NCBI RefSeq assembly: GCF_009914755.1
Contig: NC_060928.1
Source: the human T2T-CHM13v2.0 reference genome, Homo sapiens
DNA length: 64,000 bases
Direction: 5' to 3' (one strand)
Made by a program: the position numbers and the translations under genes. Below, piece by piece: positions 13,928 to 25,892 of this stretch. Position 1 is the stretch's first letter; the number at the start of each line of letters is the position of its first letter. The notes under the pieces are model-generated. The model searched no databases. It saw only the letters and a program-made list of their open reading frames with translations, and had not been told where the DNA came from.

Positions 13928-14377
13928 CATATTAGTTAGTATTGCTTATATATCTGTATACACTCACACACATATACAGATATACACATACATCTTATTG
14001 GTTCTGTTTTTTTTTTGCTCTGCACACACACAGACACAGGCATACACACAGAGAGAAATGTTTGTTTTAAAGAATTATCTTACACTGTTGTGGAGGCTGG
14101 CAAGCCCAAAATCTCAAAAGCAGGCCAGCAGACTGGAAATTTAGCTAAGAGTTGATGTTGTGATCTTAATAATTGCTTTTGGTGGGGGAACCTATTCCTT
14201 GCTCTTTAAGACCTTCAACTAATTGGATGAGGCCTACTCATAGAGATATTTCAGTTTACTAAATCTATTCATTTAAATGCTAAAGATACCTTCACATCTT
14301 CAGCAACTAGACTGGTGTTTGCTCAAAAAACTAGGTATCATATCCTGGACAAATTAACACAAAAATTAACATATACA
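13928..14377 (-). mobile_element. MLT2D-like ERVL LTR (3' LTR) containing a micro-inversion
   Basis: ggaggctggcaagcccaaaatc...gaccttcaactaattggatgaggcc...ctagactggtgtttg...aaaattaac. Confidence 0.8.
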
Positions 14378-15800
14378 TTTTTTCTATTTTCAACTTAGCA
14401 CCCTTGCAATCCTCCTTAAAACATACTAAATCTCCAAATAAGGATGACAACTACCAGCCTGACACAACTTACCCTGTGTAAAATAAAAAATTCACTGGCT
14501 CTTTCCCTACAAGAGGATGCGAAGTTCTTAATGCTCGTCTCTTCTTGATATCCTGTAACTTAAATACTATGATGTAAATTTAATTCTCATATACATGAGA
14601 TATAAAGTTAATGCATCTTATGTAAAATGAGGGGATAAGACAAGGAAAAAAGAAAACATGTAACACACATAAACACAAAAACATATTCATAACAAATTAA
14701 GAAAGATGTATTCTTAACAATTACAGTGTTCATTTCTAGAACTATCAAGTGGCTATAGCTATTATTTATAATTACCTTCTTCCACTACTTATTCAATATT
14801 TCCTTTGCCTTCAGAAAGTACATCAGCTGGTCATTGTTCTTTACTTGACAGGGTTACCCAAACTTTCATTCCTGAATGGCTTAGACATTAGTAGCTCTGC
14901 ATGAATTGATTTATAGTTTTTCATTGACTTTAATCACAGTGTATAATAATAGGAAGATATAACTTACGGGATTGCCTGTATTGAAGAAATACTCTTCCTT
15001 ACCTTCATTGTATAAAAGTAGTTCAACTTCCTCTTAGTAATCAGAATTAATCACCTTATCTAGTACAGTATGTCTATTCTAAGCATGCATTTTGGAACTG
15101 GGCAAATATTCACAGGATGTATTTGGGAACCACTGAACCCATATTTAGATAGTCCTAAGCTAGAACTCTATTTATCTCTTAAACTCCATCAGCCCTCCAT
15201 CAGCCCTTACTCTGACTGTTGGACCACAGTGATGTTCTTGGTCTCCTGAAATTAGAGTTTGTCAGAATGGGTGTCCAGTGATCCCTCCAAAGCTTGAACA
15301 TTTCTTTTTCCCCTCTGGACAGTCACCCTGTTACAAGGCCCTTAGTTCCTTTGTGGAAGACACGGAGAAGGATTGAGTATAAATCTGGCAGAACAGGGGG
15401 CTTCTTCCTCAACATGACTAAGCCACCCCTTCATTCAAAAGATTTTGGATTTGCAAACTGGCTCAATTCTGAAAACTGAATGAGAGTCTGCGACTCTGTT
15501 TCTATGATCCATATTTCACTTATTTTCATTTGACCTAGAACTTTTCCACTTATCAAGTAAAATGATGAGTATACTGTCCCAACTTCTAGGGACACAATGA
15601 TCGTCTAGCCAATGCTTTAGGGTTTTGCAAGTGAAAATAATTAGATTTTTTCTCTGGCTCTTTTGTCCATTACAGTAACCTCATCCACTTTGTCAATTAA
15701 ATGCTGCCTTTTGGCCCCTGTTACCCTAAGATACAGTTATTGCATTTAGGTTTCTCAATCAGAGACAGCAGTTTCCACTGTAATTTCTGACTTAAAGAGA
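14378..15800 (-). mobile_element. ERVL internal remnant (3' region/dUTPase joined to protease/gag; pol core deleted)
   Basis: ERVL-int 3' motifs (catattcataacaaa, ggttacccaaactttcattcctgaa). A degenerate protease LDTxS motif (ctg gac acc cat tct) lies on the minus strand near 15265-15280. Confidence 0.7.
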
Positions 15801-16374
15801 AAAACGAATAACAAAGGAAACTGTACAACTAAGAGATCCACTTGGTAGAAGATAATGTGAAAATCAATAGTTATTCACCATGTTATATTTTTATATTTCA
15901 AATGAGATTAATATACAAATAACATTCGTATGATTTTCTACGTGATAATATTTTCTATAATAACATTTAATATTAAAATATTCCATGTTTTTCTTTGAAG
16001 TTTTGAATTTCAGTTTGGTTAAAATTACCAATTGCACTAATTAGTCTAATAATTTGGTGTTATTTACTATTATATTTCATTTTAATGCAAATATTTTAAG
16101 TCCATAAAAGATGTAGAATTTATGTAAGCAGACAGCTAAAATTAGAATTTATTTTAAAACATTTCTTTTTGTGATTTCATAGAAAATGTGGAAAAGTACA
16201 CAAATATCAACAGAAATTCATAGACTAAAAATTGGATACTAAATAGAGCATTTAAAAATGTTTCTTAATAATAGTTTTTTCTTTTATTTTAAACATATCT
16301 TGTCTTGAAATATTTAAATAATTGATATAGAACAAATCCATCAATACCCTATTGAAATAAACATACATTTGTGA

Positions 16375-16553
16375 CTGTATATATATATATATAAGTATAT
16401 GTGTGCAACTTACTATATATACAAATCTTATGTATATATACTATGTAGCTGATATATATAGATAGAGATCTAATATCTGATATATATTATATATACTGAT
16501 AGAGATATAATGTCTGATATATATAATGTAATATATATATATAAAATATCTGA
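16375..16553. repeat. AT-rich low-complexity/degenerate (TA)n minisatellite
   Basis: Repeated tctgatatata/gatagagat units. Confidence 0.7.
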
Positions 16554-17229
16554 TCGTGTGAAAATTTTAGATTCCATTAGGAGTTTATTTGTAACCAGGT
16601 TTCTTAACCTGAAATGTTGTGTTTGTTATTCAGGAATTTTGTAAAACTTAAAATTTACATACAAATACTTGCATGCATGTATTTTCCCTTTGTGGAGGGT
16701 TGTAAGTTTCTTCAATTTACTATAATTCTATTACAAAATGTGGAATTAAACATTTTTTATAAAAGTAATACTGTTTATTCTTTTCTCATCTTGGAAAACT
16801 GGATTAATGAAATCAGTTAAGATTGCCTTTATTACATACTGCTACAAGCCACTTTAAAAGGAATGTTCATGGGTAGTCAGTGTATATATTTACGGCATAT
16901 ATGAGATATGGTGATACAGGAATACAATATGTAATAATTTTATCAGGGTAAATGGGATTAACCATCACCTCAATCATTCATCATTTCTCTGTGTTACAAG
17001 CATTCCAATTATACTCCTTCAGTTATTCTAAAAGTTACAATAAATTATTGCTGGTTATGGTCACCTGGTTGTGCCATCAAATACTAGATCTTATTCATTG
17101 TATATAATTATATATTTTTACCCATTACCTATTCCCAGTTCCCACCTACCCCACACACTACCGTAATCAACCTCTTGTAACTATTATTCTGCTATCTCCA
17201 TGAGTCAACTGTTTTAATTTTTAGCCCCC

Positions 17230-17592
17230 TGATGTGGTTTGTCTCTGTGTCCCCACCCAAATCTCACCTTGAATTGTAATCCCCATTATACCCACGTGTC
17301 AAGGGCGATACCAGGTGGAGGTAATTGAATCATGGGAGCAGTTTCCCCCATGCTGCTCTCGTGATAATGAGTGAGTCTCATGAGATGGATGGTTTTACAA
17401 GCCTCTGGCATTTCCCCTGCTTGCACTCATTTTCTCTCCTGTCACCCTGTGAAGTGGTTCCTTCTGCCATTATTGTAAGTTTTCTGAGACCTTCCCAGCT
17501 ATGCAGATCTGTCAGTCAATTAAACCTCTTTTCTTTATAAATTACCCAGTCTCGGGTATTTCTTCATAGCTTTGTGAAAGCAGACAAATACA
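17230..17592 (+). mobile_element. THE1C/D solo LTR inserted in the L1MA 3'UTR
   Basis: tgatgtggtttg...cccacccaaatctc...cagacaaataca; the L1 sequence resumes on both sides. Confidence 0.92.
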
Positions 17593-20507
17593 CCGTCACA
17601 AATGTCTGAGAACAAGTGAAGTTTGTCTTTCTGTGCCTGACTTAGTTCACTTAACATAATGTCCTCCAGTTCCATCTAAGTTTTTGCAAATGCAGCATCT
17701 CATTTCTTTTTTACGGATGAATAGTACTCCATTGTGTATATGTATCACATTTTCTTTGTCCGTTCATCTAATGATGAACACTTGAGTTTCTTCCAAATCT
17801 TGGCTAGTGTGAATAGTGCTGCAATAAACATGGGAAGGCAAATATCTCTTTGATTTGCTGACTTCTTTTATTTGGATATATACAACTACCAGTGGGATTG
17901 CTGGGTCATTTGGCATTTCCATTTTTAATTTGTTGAGGAACTTCTGTACTGTTCTGCATGATGGCTATACTAATTTACATTTCCATTAACAGTGTATGAG
18001 AGTTCCCATTTCTCCATATCCTTGTCATCGTTTGTTATTGCCTGTCTTCGGATAAAAGACATTTTAACTGGGGTGAGATGATATCGCCTTATAGTTTTGA
18101 TTTGCATTTCTTTGATGATCAATGATGTTGAGCACCTTTTCATGTACCTGTTTGCCATTTGCGGGACTTATTTTAAAAAAAATAAAAAAAATAAAGAAAT
18201 ATCTAATCAGAACTTTTGCCCATTTTTAAATCAGATCATTAGATTTTTTTTCCTATGAAATAGAGCTCCTTGTATATTCTTACTAATCCTTTGTCAGACG
18301 GATAATTTGCAAGTATGCTCTCACATTCTGTAAGTTGTCTCTTCACTTTGTTGATTGTTTCCTTTGCTGTGCAGAAGCTTTTTAACTTGTCATTCCATTT
18401 GTCCATTTTTGCTTTGGTTGTCTGTCTTTGGGGCTATTACTCAAGAAATCTTTGACCAAACCAATGTACTAAAAATTTCTGCAGTTTTCTTTTAGTGGTT
18501 TCATAGTTTTAGGTATTAGATTTAAGTCTTCAATCCACTTTGACTGGATTCCTGTATATGGAGAGAGATAGATCTAATTTCATTCTTCTGCATATACATA
18601 TGCAGTTTTCCCAGAACCATTAATTGAAGATACTGTCCTTTTCCCAATGTATATTGTTGGTATCTTTGTTGAAAATTAGTTCACTGTAGATGTATGGATT
18701 TATTTCTTGTTGCTTTATACTGTGCCATTGGTCCATGTGTCTGTTTTTATGCCAATATCACACTGTTTTACTTACTACAGCTCCGTAATATAATTTGAAG
18801 TCAAGTAATGTAATTCTTTCAGTTTTGATCTTTTTTCTCAATAAGGCTTTTGATGTTGTAAGTCTTTTATGATTCCATTAAATTTTAAGATTATTTTTCC
18901 TATTACTATGAAGAATGTCTTGGTATTTTGATAGGGATGGCACTGAATTTGTAGATTGCTTTGGGTAGTACAGACTTTTTAACAATAGTGATTCTTCAAA
19001 TATATAAACATGAAATATCTTTCCTTTTTTTGTGTGTCCTCTTTAATTTCCTGAATCAGTGTTTTTTAATTTTCATTGGAGAGATCATTTACTTTTTTGG
19101 TTAAATTTATTCCTAGCTATCTTATTTTATTTGCAGCCATTGCAAATTGTATTACTTTCTTAACTTTTTTCAGAATCTTTACTGTTGGCACATAGAATAG
19201 CTACTGGTTTTTGTATGTTGATTTTGTATTCTGGAACTTTACTGAAGTTGTTTGTTTATCAGTCCAGATAGCTTTTTGAAGAAGTCTCTAGGTTTTTCAA
19301 ATTACAACATCATACCATCTGCAAAAAAGGATAATTTCATGTCTTCCTTTTTGATTTCTCTTGTATGATTGCTATAGCTGGGACTTTCGGTACTTTCTTG
19401 AATAACAGTCGTGAAAGTGGGCATCATTGTCTTGTTTCACATCTTAGAGGAAAGACTTTCAGTTTTTTTCTCATTTAGTATGATATTAGCTGTGAGTCTG
19501 TCATACATGGTTTTTATTGTGTTGAAAAATGTTTTTTCTATGCCCAGTTTTTAAAATTTTTTTTGTTATTATATATGGGTTTAATTTTATCAAATGTTTT
19601 TTCAGCATCATTGAAATTGTTTTATGATTTTTGTCCTTCATTCTGCTGATCTGATGTATCACATTGATTTTCATATGTTGAAATATCCTTGTATCACTGG
19701 GATGAATCCCAGTTGGTCAAGATAAATAATCTTTTTAATGGGTTGTTGGATTTAATTTTCTAACATTTTGCTGAGGATTTTTGCATCAAAGTTTATCAGA
19801 GATATCAGCCTGTAACTTTCTTTTTTGATGTTTCTTTGTCTGGTTTTGATACAATGGTAATACAAGAGATATGTTTGGAAGTATTCCTTCCCCCTCTATT
19901 TTTTATATAATTTGAGTACAATTGGTATTAGGTTTTCTTTAAATGTTTGGTAGAATTCAACAGTGAATCCATCAAATATCATGATTTTCTTTGCTCGGAG
20001 ATTTTTATTATAGCTTCAATTTCGGTAACTGTTATTCATCAATTAAGGTTTTGGATTTCTTCATGATTCAACCTTGGTAGAATGTCTTGGAATCGATTCA
20101 TTTCTTCTAAATTTTTCAAATTATTGGCATATAATTTCTTAGTCTCTAATGATCCTTTTGGTATCAGCTGTAGTGTCTCCTTTTCACCTCTAAGTGTATT
20201 AGATGTCTAATATTAGGCTCTTCTCTATTTTTTTTTTTTTTTAGTTTGGCTAAAGATTTGTCATTTTTTGTTTTGTCAAAATTTTGTACTTTTAAAATTT
20301 CAACTTCAACTATATTTTCTCTAATCTTTATAATTTTATTATTCTATTAATTTTGTACTTGCTTGATCTTGCTGTTCTAGTTGTTTAAGATGCATTATGG
20401 AATTGTGTATTTGAAGGTTTTCTATTTTTTTCTATATGTGCATTTATTGCTACAAATGTTTCTCTTAGTACTGCTTTTGCTGTATCCCACAGGTTTTGAT
20501 ATATTGT

Positions 20508-20671
20508 GTTACAACAAATTTTTTAATTTTCTTCTTAATTTCTTCATTGTTACAATGAATTTTTTAATTTTCTTCTTAATTTCTTCATTGTTACAATGAA
20601 TTTTTTAATTTTCTTCTTAATTTCTTCATTGTTACAACGAATTTTTTAATTTTCTTCTTAATTTCTTCATT
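20508..20671. repeat. Minisatellite, 41 bp x 4 near-identical copies
   Basis: Unit gttacaa(t/c)(g/a)aattttttaattttcttcttaatttcttcatt starting at 20508, 20549, 20590, 20631. Confidence 0.97.
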
Positions 20672-20677
20672 GACCCA

Positions 20678-21238
20678 TGTGGTAGTTAATATTGAGTGTC
20701 AACTCGATTGAATTGAAGGATGCAAAGTATTGTTCCTGGGTGTGTCTCTGAGGGTGTTGCCAAAGGAGATTAACATTTGAGTCAGTGGACTGGGTAAGGC
20801 AGACTCACCCTTAGTCTGGGTGGGCACAATTTAATCAGTTGCCAGTGCGGCTAGAATAAAGCAGGCAGAAGTTGGAAGGACCAGATTTGCTATGTCTTCT
20901 GACCTTCATCTTTCTTTGCTTCATCCAGCATCATGCTTGATGCTTCCTGCCCTAAACCATCAACTCCAAGTTCTTCAGCTTTTGGACTCTTGGACTTACA
21001 CCAGTGGTTTGACAGGGGCTCCTGGGCCTTCAGCCTGTGGCTGAAGGCTTCTCTGTCAGCTTCCCTACTTTTGAAGTTTTGGGACACGTACAGGCTTCCT
21101 TGCTCCTCAGCTTGCAGACGGTCTTTGTGGGACTTCATCTTGTCATTATGTGAGTCAATGCTCTTTAATAAACTCCCTTTCATATATTATGCATCTATCC
21201 TATTAATCCTTTCCCTCTAGAGAACCCTGACTAATACA
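20678..21238 (+). mobile_element. MLT2A2-type HERVL solo LTR
   Basis: tgtggtagttaatattgagtgtcaact...gattaacatttgagtcagtggactggg...ctagagaaccctgactaataca; ~560 bp. Confidence 0.9.
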
Positions 21239-23001
21239 AATTGTTTGTTATTCAGAAGCTTATTGTTTAATTTCCATGTGTTTATATAGTTTTCAAATTC
21301 CTCTTATTATTGAATTTTAGTTTTATTCTATTGTGGTCTCAGAAAACACTTTATACAAGTTCAATTTTTTTGGAATTTTTGATGGCTTGTTTTCTGGCCT
21401 AACATATAGTCTATCCTTGAGAATGATCCATGTGCTGAGGAGAATAATGTCTGTTCTGCAGCTATTAGATTAAGTGCTCTGTAAATATATATTAGGCCCA
21501 TTTTTTTCTGTAGCACGTTAAGCCTGATATTGTTGTTGTTGTTAATTTTCTGTCTGCATAATCTGTCCAATGTTGCAAGATAGGTGTTGAAGTCTCCAAA
21601 TATTTTTTTTGGGGGATTATGTCTTTTGCTTCAATGATATCTGCTTTGTATATCTGGGTGATCCAGTGTTGGGTACATTATAATTGTTATTTCCTCTTGA
21701 TGAATTGATCCTTTTATGATTATATAATGATATTCTTTACCTTTTTATAGTTTTTGTCTTGAAATCTCTTTTATCTGCTAAAAGTATACTTCTGCTCTTT
21801 ATTGGTTTCCATTTGCATGGAATATCTTTTTCTAGTCCTTTATTTTTAGTCCATTTCTGTCTATATAAATGAAGTTATGTGTAGGAAAAAGACAATTGGA
21901 TCTTGTTTTTTCATTCATTCAGCCATTTTGTGTCTTTTGAATGGAGTACTTAGTGTATTTATATTCAATGTTATTATTGATATATAAGGACTTACTACTA
22001 CCATTTTGTTGTTTCCTGGTTGTTTTTAGATATTTTTGTTCCTTTCTTCCTGTCTTTCTTTTTGTGAATGTGATTTTCTATGGTGCTATCTTTTAATTTC
22101 TTGCTTTATATTTTTGTGTATCTGTTGTTGGTTTTTTTATTTGAGGATACCTTGAGGCTGGCAAATTACATCTTATAACCTCGTATTTTAAACTGATGAC
22201 AACTCTAATCACAAAAATAAACTAACAAGCAAAGTAAAAACTAATAAAAACTCTATGCTTTAATTTCATCCCTACACTTTTTAACTTTTTGTTGCTTTTA
22301 TTTATATCTAATTATATTGTCTATGTCTTAAAAAGTTGTGGTTATTATTGTTGCTAGGTTTGTCTCTCCGTCTTCCTACTTGAGATATTAGTAGTTTTCA
22401 CACCAGAGTTAGTGTTATAATTTTTGGTATTTGTCTGTGTAGTTACTGTTACCAGTGAGTTTCATACTTTCAGATGATTTCCTTCAGCTCATTAACACCC
22501 ATTTTTTCAGACTGAGTAAATTCCTTGACCATTTCTGTAATACAATTCTAGTATTGATGAAATTCTTCGGCTTTTATTTGTCTTGGAGAGTATTTATTTC
22601 TTCTTTATGTTTAAAGGATATTTTCACTGGATATAATATATTAGGATAAAAGCTGTTGTTGTTTCCTTCAAAGCTTTAAATATGTTGTGTCACTCTCTCC
22701 TGGACTGTAATGTTTCCACTAAGAAATCTGCTGTCAGTCATATTTGAGCTGCTTTATAGTTTTTTTTTTTCTTTTCTATTTCTGCTTTTAAAATACTTTC
22801 TTTTCCTTTACTTTTGGTAGTTTGATTATTAAATGTCTTGAGATAGTTTTACTTGGGTTAAATCTGCATGGTATTCTCTATAACCTTCTTGTATTGGAAT
22901 AGTGATATATTTCTCTGGCTTTGGAAGTTTTCCATTATTATCCCTTTAAATAAACTTTCTATACCTAACACTTTTTCTACCTCTCCTTTAAGGCCAATAT
23001 C

Positions 23002-23960
23002 TTTTTTTTTTTTTTTTAAAGGCAAAAGTACCATTTTTATTTATTTTTTTTTTTATTTTTTATTTTTTTTTTTTAAATTTATTTTTTTATTGATAATTCT
23101 TGGGTGTTTCTCACAGAGGGGGATTTGGCAGGGTCATGGGACAATAGTGGAGGGAAGGTCAGCAGATAAACAAGTGAACAAAAGTCTCTGGTTTTCCTAG
23201 GCAGAGGACCCTGCGGCCTTCCGCAGTGTTTGTGTCCCTGATTACTTGAGATTAGGGAGTGGTGATGACTCTTAACGAGCATGCTGCCTTCAAGCATCTG
23301 TTTAACAAAGCACATCTTGCACCGCCCTTAATCCATTTAACCCTGAGTGGACACAGCACATGTTTCAGAGAGCACAGGGTTGGGGGTAAGGTCACAGATC
23401 AACAGGATCCCAAGGCAGAGGAATTTTTCTTAGTGCAGAACAAAATGAAAAGTCTCCCATGTCTACTTCTTTCTACACAGACACGGCAACCATCCGATTT
23501 CTCAATCTTTTCCCCACCTTTCCCGCCTTTCTATTCCACAAAGCCGCCATTGTCATCCTGGCCCGTTCTCAGTGAGCTGTTGGGCACACCTCCCAGACGG
23601 GGTGGTGGCCGGGCAGAGGGGTTCCTCACTTCCCAGTAGGGGCGGCCGGGCAGAGGCGCCCCTCACCTCCCGGACGGGGAGGCTGGCCGGGCGGGGGGCT
23701 GACCCCCCAACCTCCCTCCCGGACGGGGCGGCTGGCCGGGCAGAGGGGCTCCTCACTTCCCAGTAGGGGCGGCCGGGCAGAGGCGCCCCTCACCTCCCGG
23801 ACGGGGCAGCTGGCCGGGCGGGGGGGCTGACCCCCCCCACCTCCCTCCCGGACGGGGCGGCTGGCCGGGCAGGGGGCTGACCCCCCCACCTCCCTCCCGG
23901 ACGGGGCGGCTGGCCGGGCGGGGGGCTGCCCCCCCACCTCCCTCCCGGACGGGGCGGCTG
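23002..23960 (-). mobile_element. 5'-truncated SVA (young SVA_F/E-like): poly(A), short 3' transduction, SINE-R, partial VNTR
   Basis: SINE-R 23075-23590 (attcttgggtgtttctcacagagggggatttggcagggtc...), GC-rich VNTR 23590-23960. Perfect 14-bp TSD aaggccaatatctt at 22990-23003 and 23961-23974. Confidence 0.97.
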
Positions 23961-25589
23961 AAGGCCAATATCTTAGATTTGTCTATTCTGAGGCTATTTT
24001 CTAGATTTTATAGGCATGCATCATTATTTTTTATTCTTTTTTATTTTGTCTCCTCTTACTGTGTATTTTCAAAAACTCTGTTATCAAGGTCACTGATTCT
24101 TTCTTCAGCTTAATTCTGCTGTTGAGAGCCTCTGTTGCATTCTTCAGTTTTTTAACAAATTTTTTCAGCTTCAGAATTTCTGCTTTATTCTTTTTAATTA
24201 TTTTAATCTCTTTGTTATATTTATCTGATGAGATTCTGAATTCTTTCTCTGTGGTATCTTGAATTTTGTTGAGCTCCCTCAAAACAGCTATTCTGAATTA
24301 TCTGCCTAGAAAGTCACATATCTCGGTTACCCTGGAATTGGTCACTGGTGATTTATTTAATCCATTTGGTAAGGTCATGTTTTCTTGGATGGTCTTGATG
24401 CTTGTGGATGTTTATCATTGTTTGGGCATTGAAGAGTTAGGTATTTATTGTAATATTTGCAGCCTGTGTTTATTTGTATTTGTCCTTCTTGAGAAGCCTT
24501 TCCAAGTGTTCAAAGGGAATTGAGTGTTGTGATCTAAATATTTGGTTCTGCACTCATACGTACATTAGGGGGAACCCCAAGCCCTGTAATGCTGTGACTC
24601 TAGCAGACTCATAGAGGTACCTCTTTGATGGTCTTGCATAAGGTATAAAAGAATTCACTGGATTAAAAGGCAGAGTCTTTTCTTTTCTTTGCTTACTTTC
24701 TCCTCCCCAAAACAGTCTCTCATCCCATGCTGAGCTGCCTGGAATTGGGATAAGAGTGTTACAAAAACTCCTGTGGCCACAACACTGGGACTGTGCTGGG
24801 ACACACCTGAAGCCAATACAATACTGAATATTACCCAAGGCCTGTGGTGACTTGCGGCTCAGCTGGTACTAAAGTTTCAAGACAAAGTCTCCTTTACTTT
24901 TTTCTTTACTTTCTGCAAGCAGAGGTAGTCTCTCCCTGTGACTACCGCAGCTGAAAATGTGCTGGGTCACACCTGAAGCCTGCACAATACTAAATTTTGC
25001 CCCAGGCCTGTGGGGACTGCTGCCTAACTGTTGCTGATATTTATTCAAGGCCCAAAGGCTCTTTTGTTAGCAGGTGGTGAATTCTGCAAGAACAGAATCC
25101 TTTTCAGGGAAGTGGTTTCCCTTCTGGTCCAAGGTAGGTCTAGAAGTGTAATCCAGGAGCTATGGCCTGGAATGGGGGCTTCAGGACTCTGCCTGGTGCT
25201 GTTTTTCACTGTAGCTCAGCTGGTATCCCCAGTGTCAAGACAAAGTACTTTAGGCTCTTTCCTCTCCTTCTGGAGCTATAAGCTGCACTGCCTGGAGTTG
25301 GAAGAGGGGTGATGCAAGCACTCCCTTGGCCACTCCAACTCATGCCTCACTAGGTTGTGTGCACCCCAAATCCACTGGCTCTGAGCCCAGCAGAGCACCA
25401 TGACTTGCCCAGGAATTGCAATCCTTTTATCTTGATATGATGTAAAAACCAGGTACTGAGATCACTAACCCAATTTTTGTTTCTTATGAAGGTACTTTCC
25501 TGTGTGGATAGTTGTTAAATTTGCTGTTCCTGTGTATGGGATGATTGCTAGAGGCTTCATTTTGGCCATCTTGCTCTGCTTCCCCATAT

Positions 25590-25892
25590 GGTACTTTTTA
25601 AAATTCTAAACAGTTGTCTGCCCAAAGAGCCTTGGGCTTGTTTGAGGTGTCATATTTAGTGTAAGTATTTATCTTCATAGTCTGAGACCATGTAAATAAA
25701 CAGATCAGGTGTGTGAAAAGCCAGGATTGTCTTTATTACCTACTGTCATAAGGTATTCTTTTTTTTGAATTCTAAATATTTGTCTGCTCAAAGAGTCATG
25801 GGCTGGTTTGAGGTATTATATTTAGCCTAAGTATTCATCTCCACAGTTTGGGACCATGGAAATAAACAGATAAAGAGAGTAAAAGGCCAGAG
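25590..25892. repeat. Diverged tandem duplication, period 166 bp
   Basis: aattctaaa..ttgtctgc.caaagag...tgggct.gtttgaggt...atatttag..taagtatt.atct.ca.agt.tg.gaccatg.aaataaacagat at 25602 and 25768. Confidence 0.85.

Larger units (their letters stand above)
16870..25585 (-). mobile_element. Near full-length old L1 (L1MA2/3-like) hosting a THE1 LTR, a 41-bp VNTR, an MLT2A2 LTR and an SVA
   Basis: L1MA 3'UTR at 16.9-17.7 kb. ORF2 remnants (17970-18158 [22 protein letters not shown]; 21361-21570 SSAHGSFSRIDY). ORF1 remnant (24031-24282). 5' end ggccatcttgctctgcttcccc. Confidence 0.9.

Noticed and set aside
20508-20671. 41-bp repeats as a CRISPR array
   Set aside because: Copies are head-to-tail with no spacers, derive from L1 sequence, and there are no cas genes; this is primate DNA.
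23079-23968. Pro/Gly/Arg-rich ORFs
   Set aside because: Translations of the SVA SINE-R and VNTR.
24780-25025. Repeated cacacctgaagcc...ggcctgtgg blocks
   Set aside because: They lie within the L1MA 5' region, which is commonly internally repetitive; not locus-specific.
25587-25598. atggtactttt matching the SVA transduction tag
   Set aside because: Only 11 nt and it diverges immediately; expected by chance in AT-rich DNA, so not evidence for a local source.
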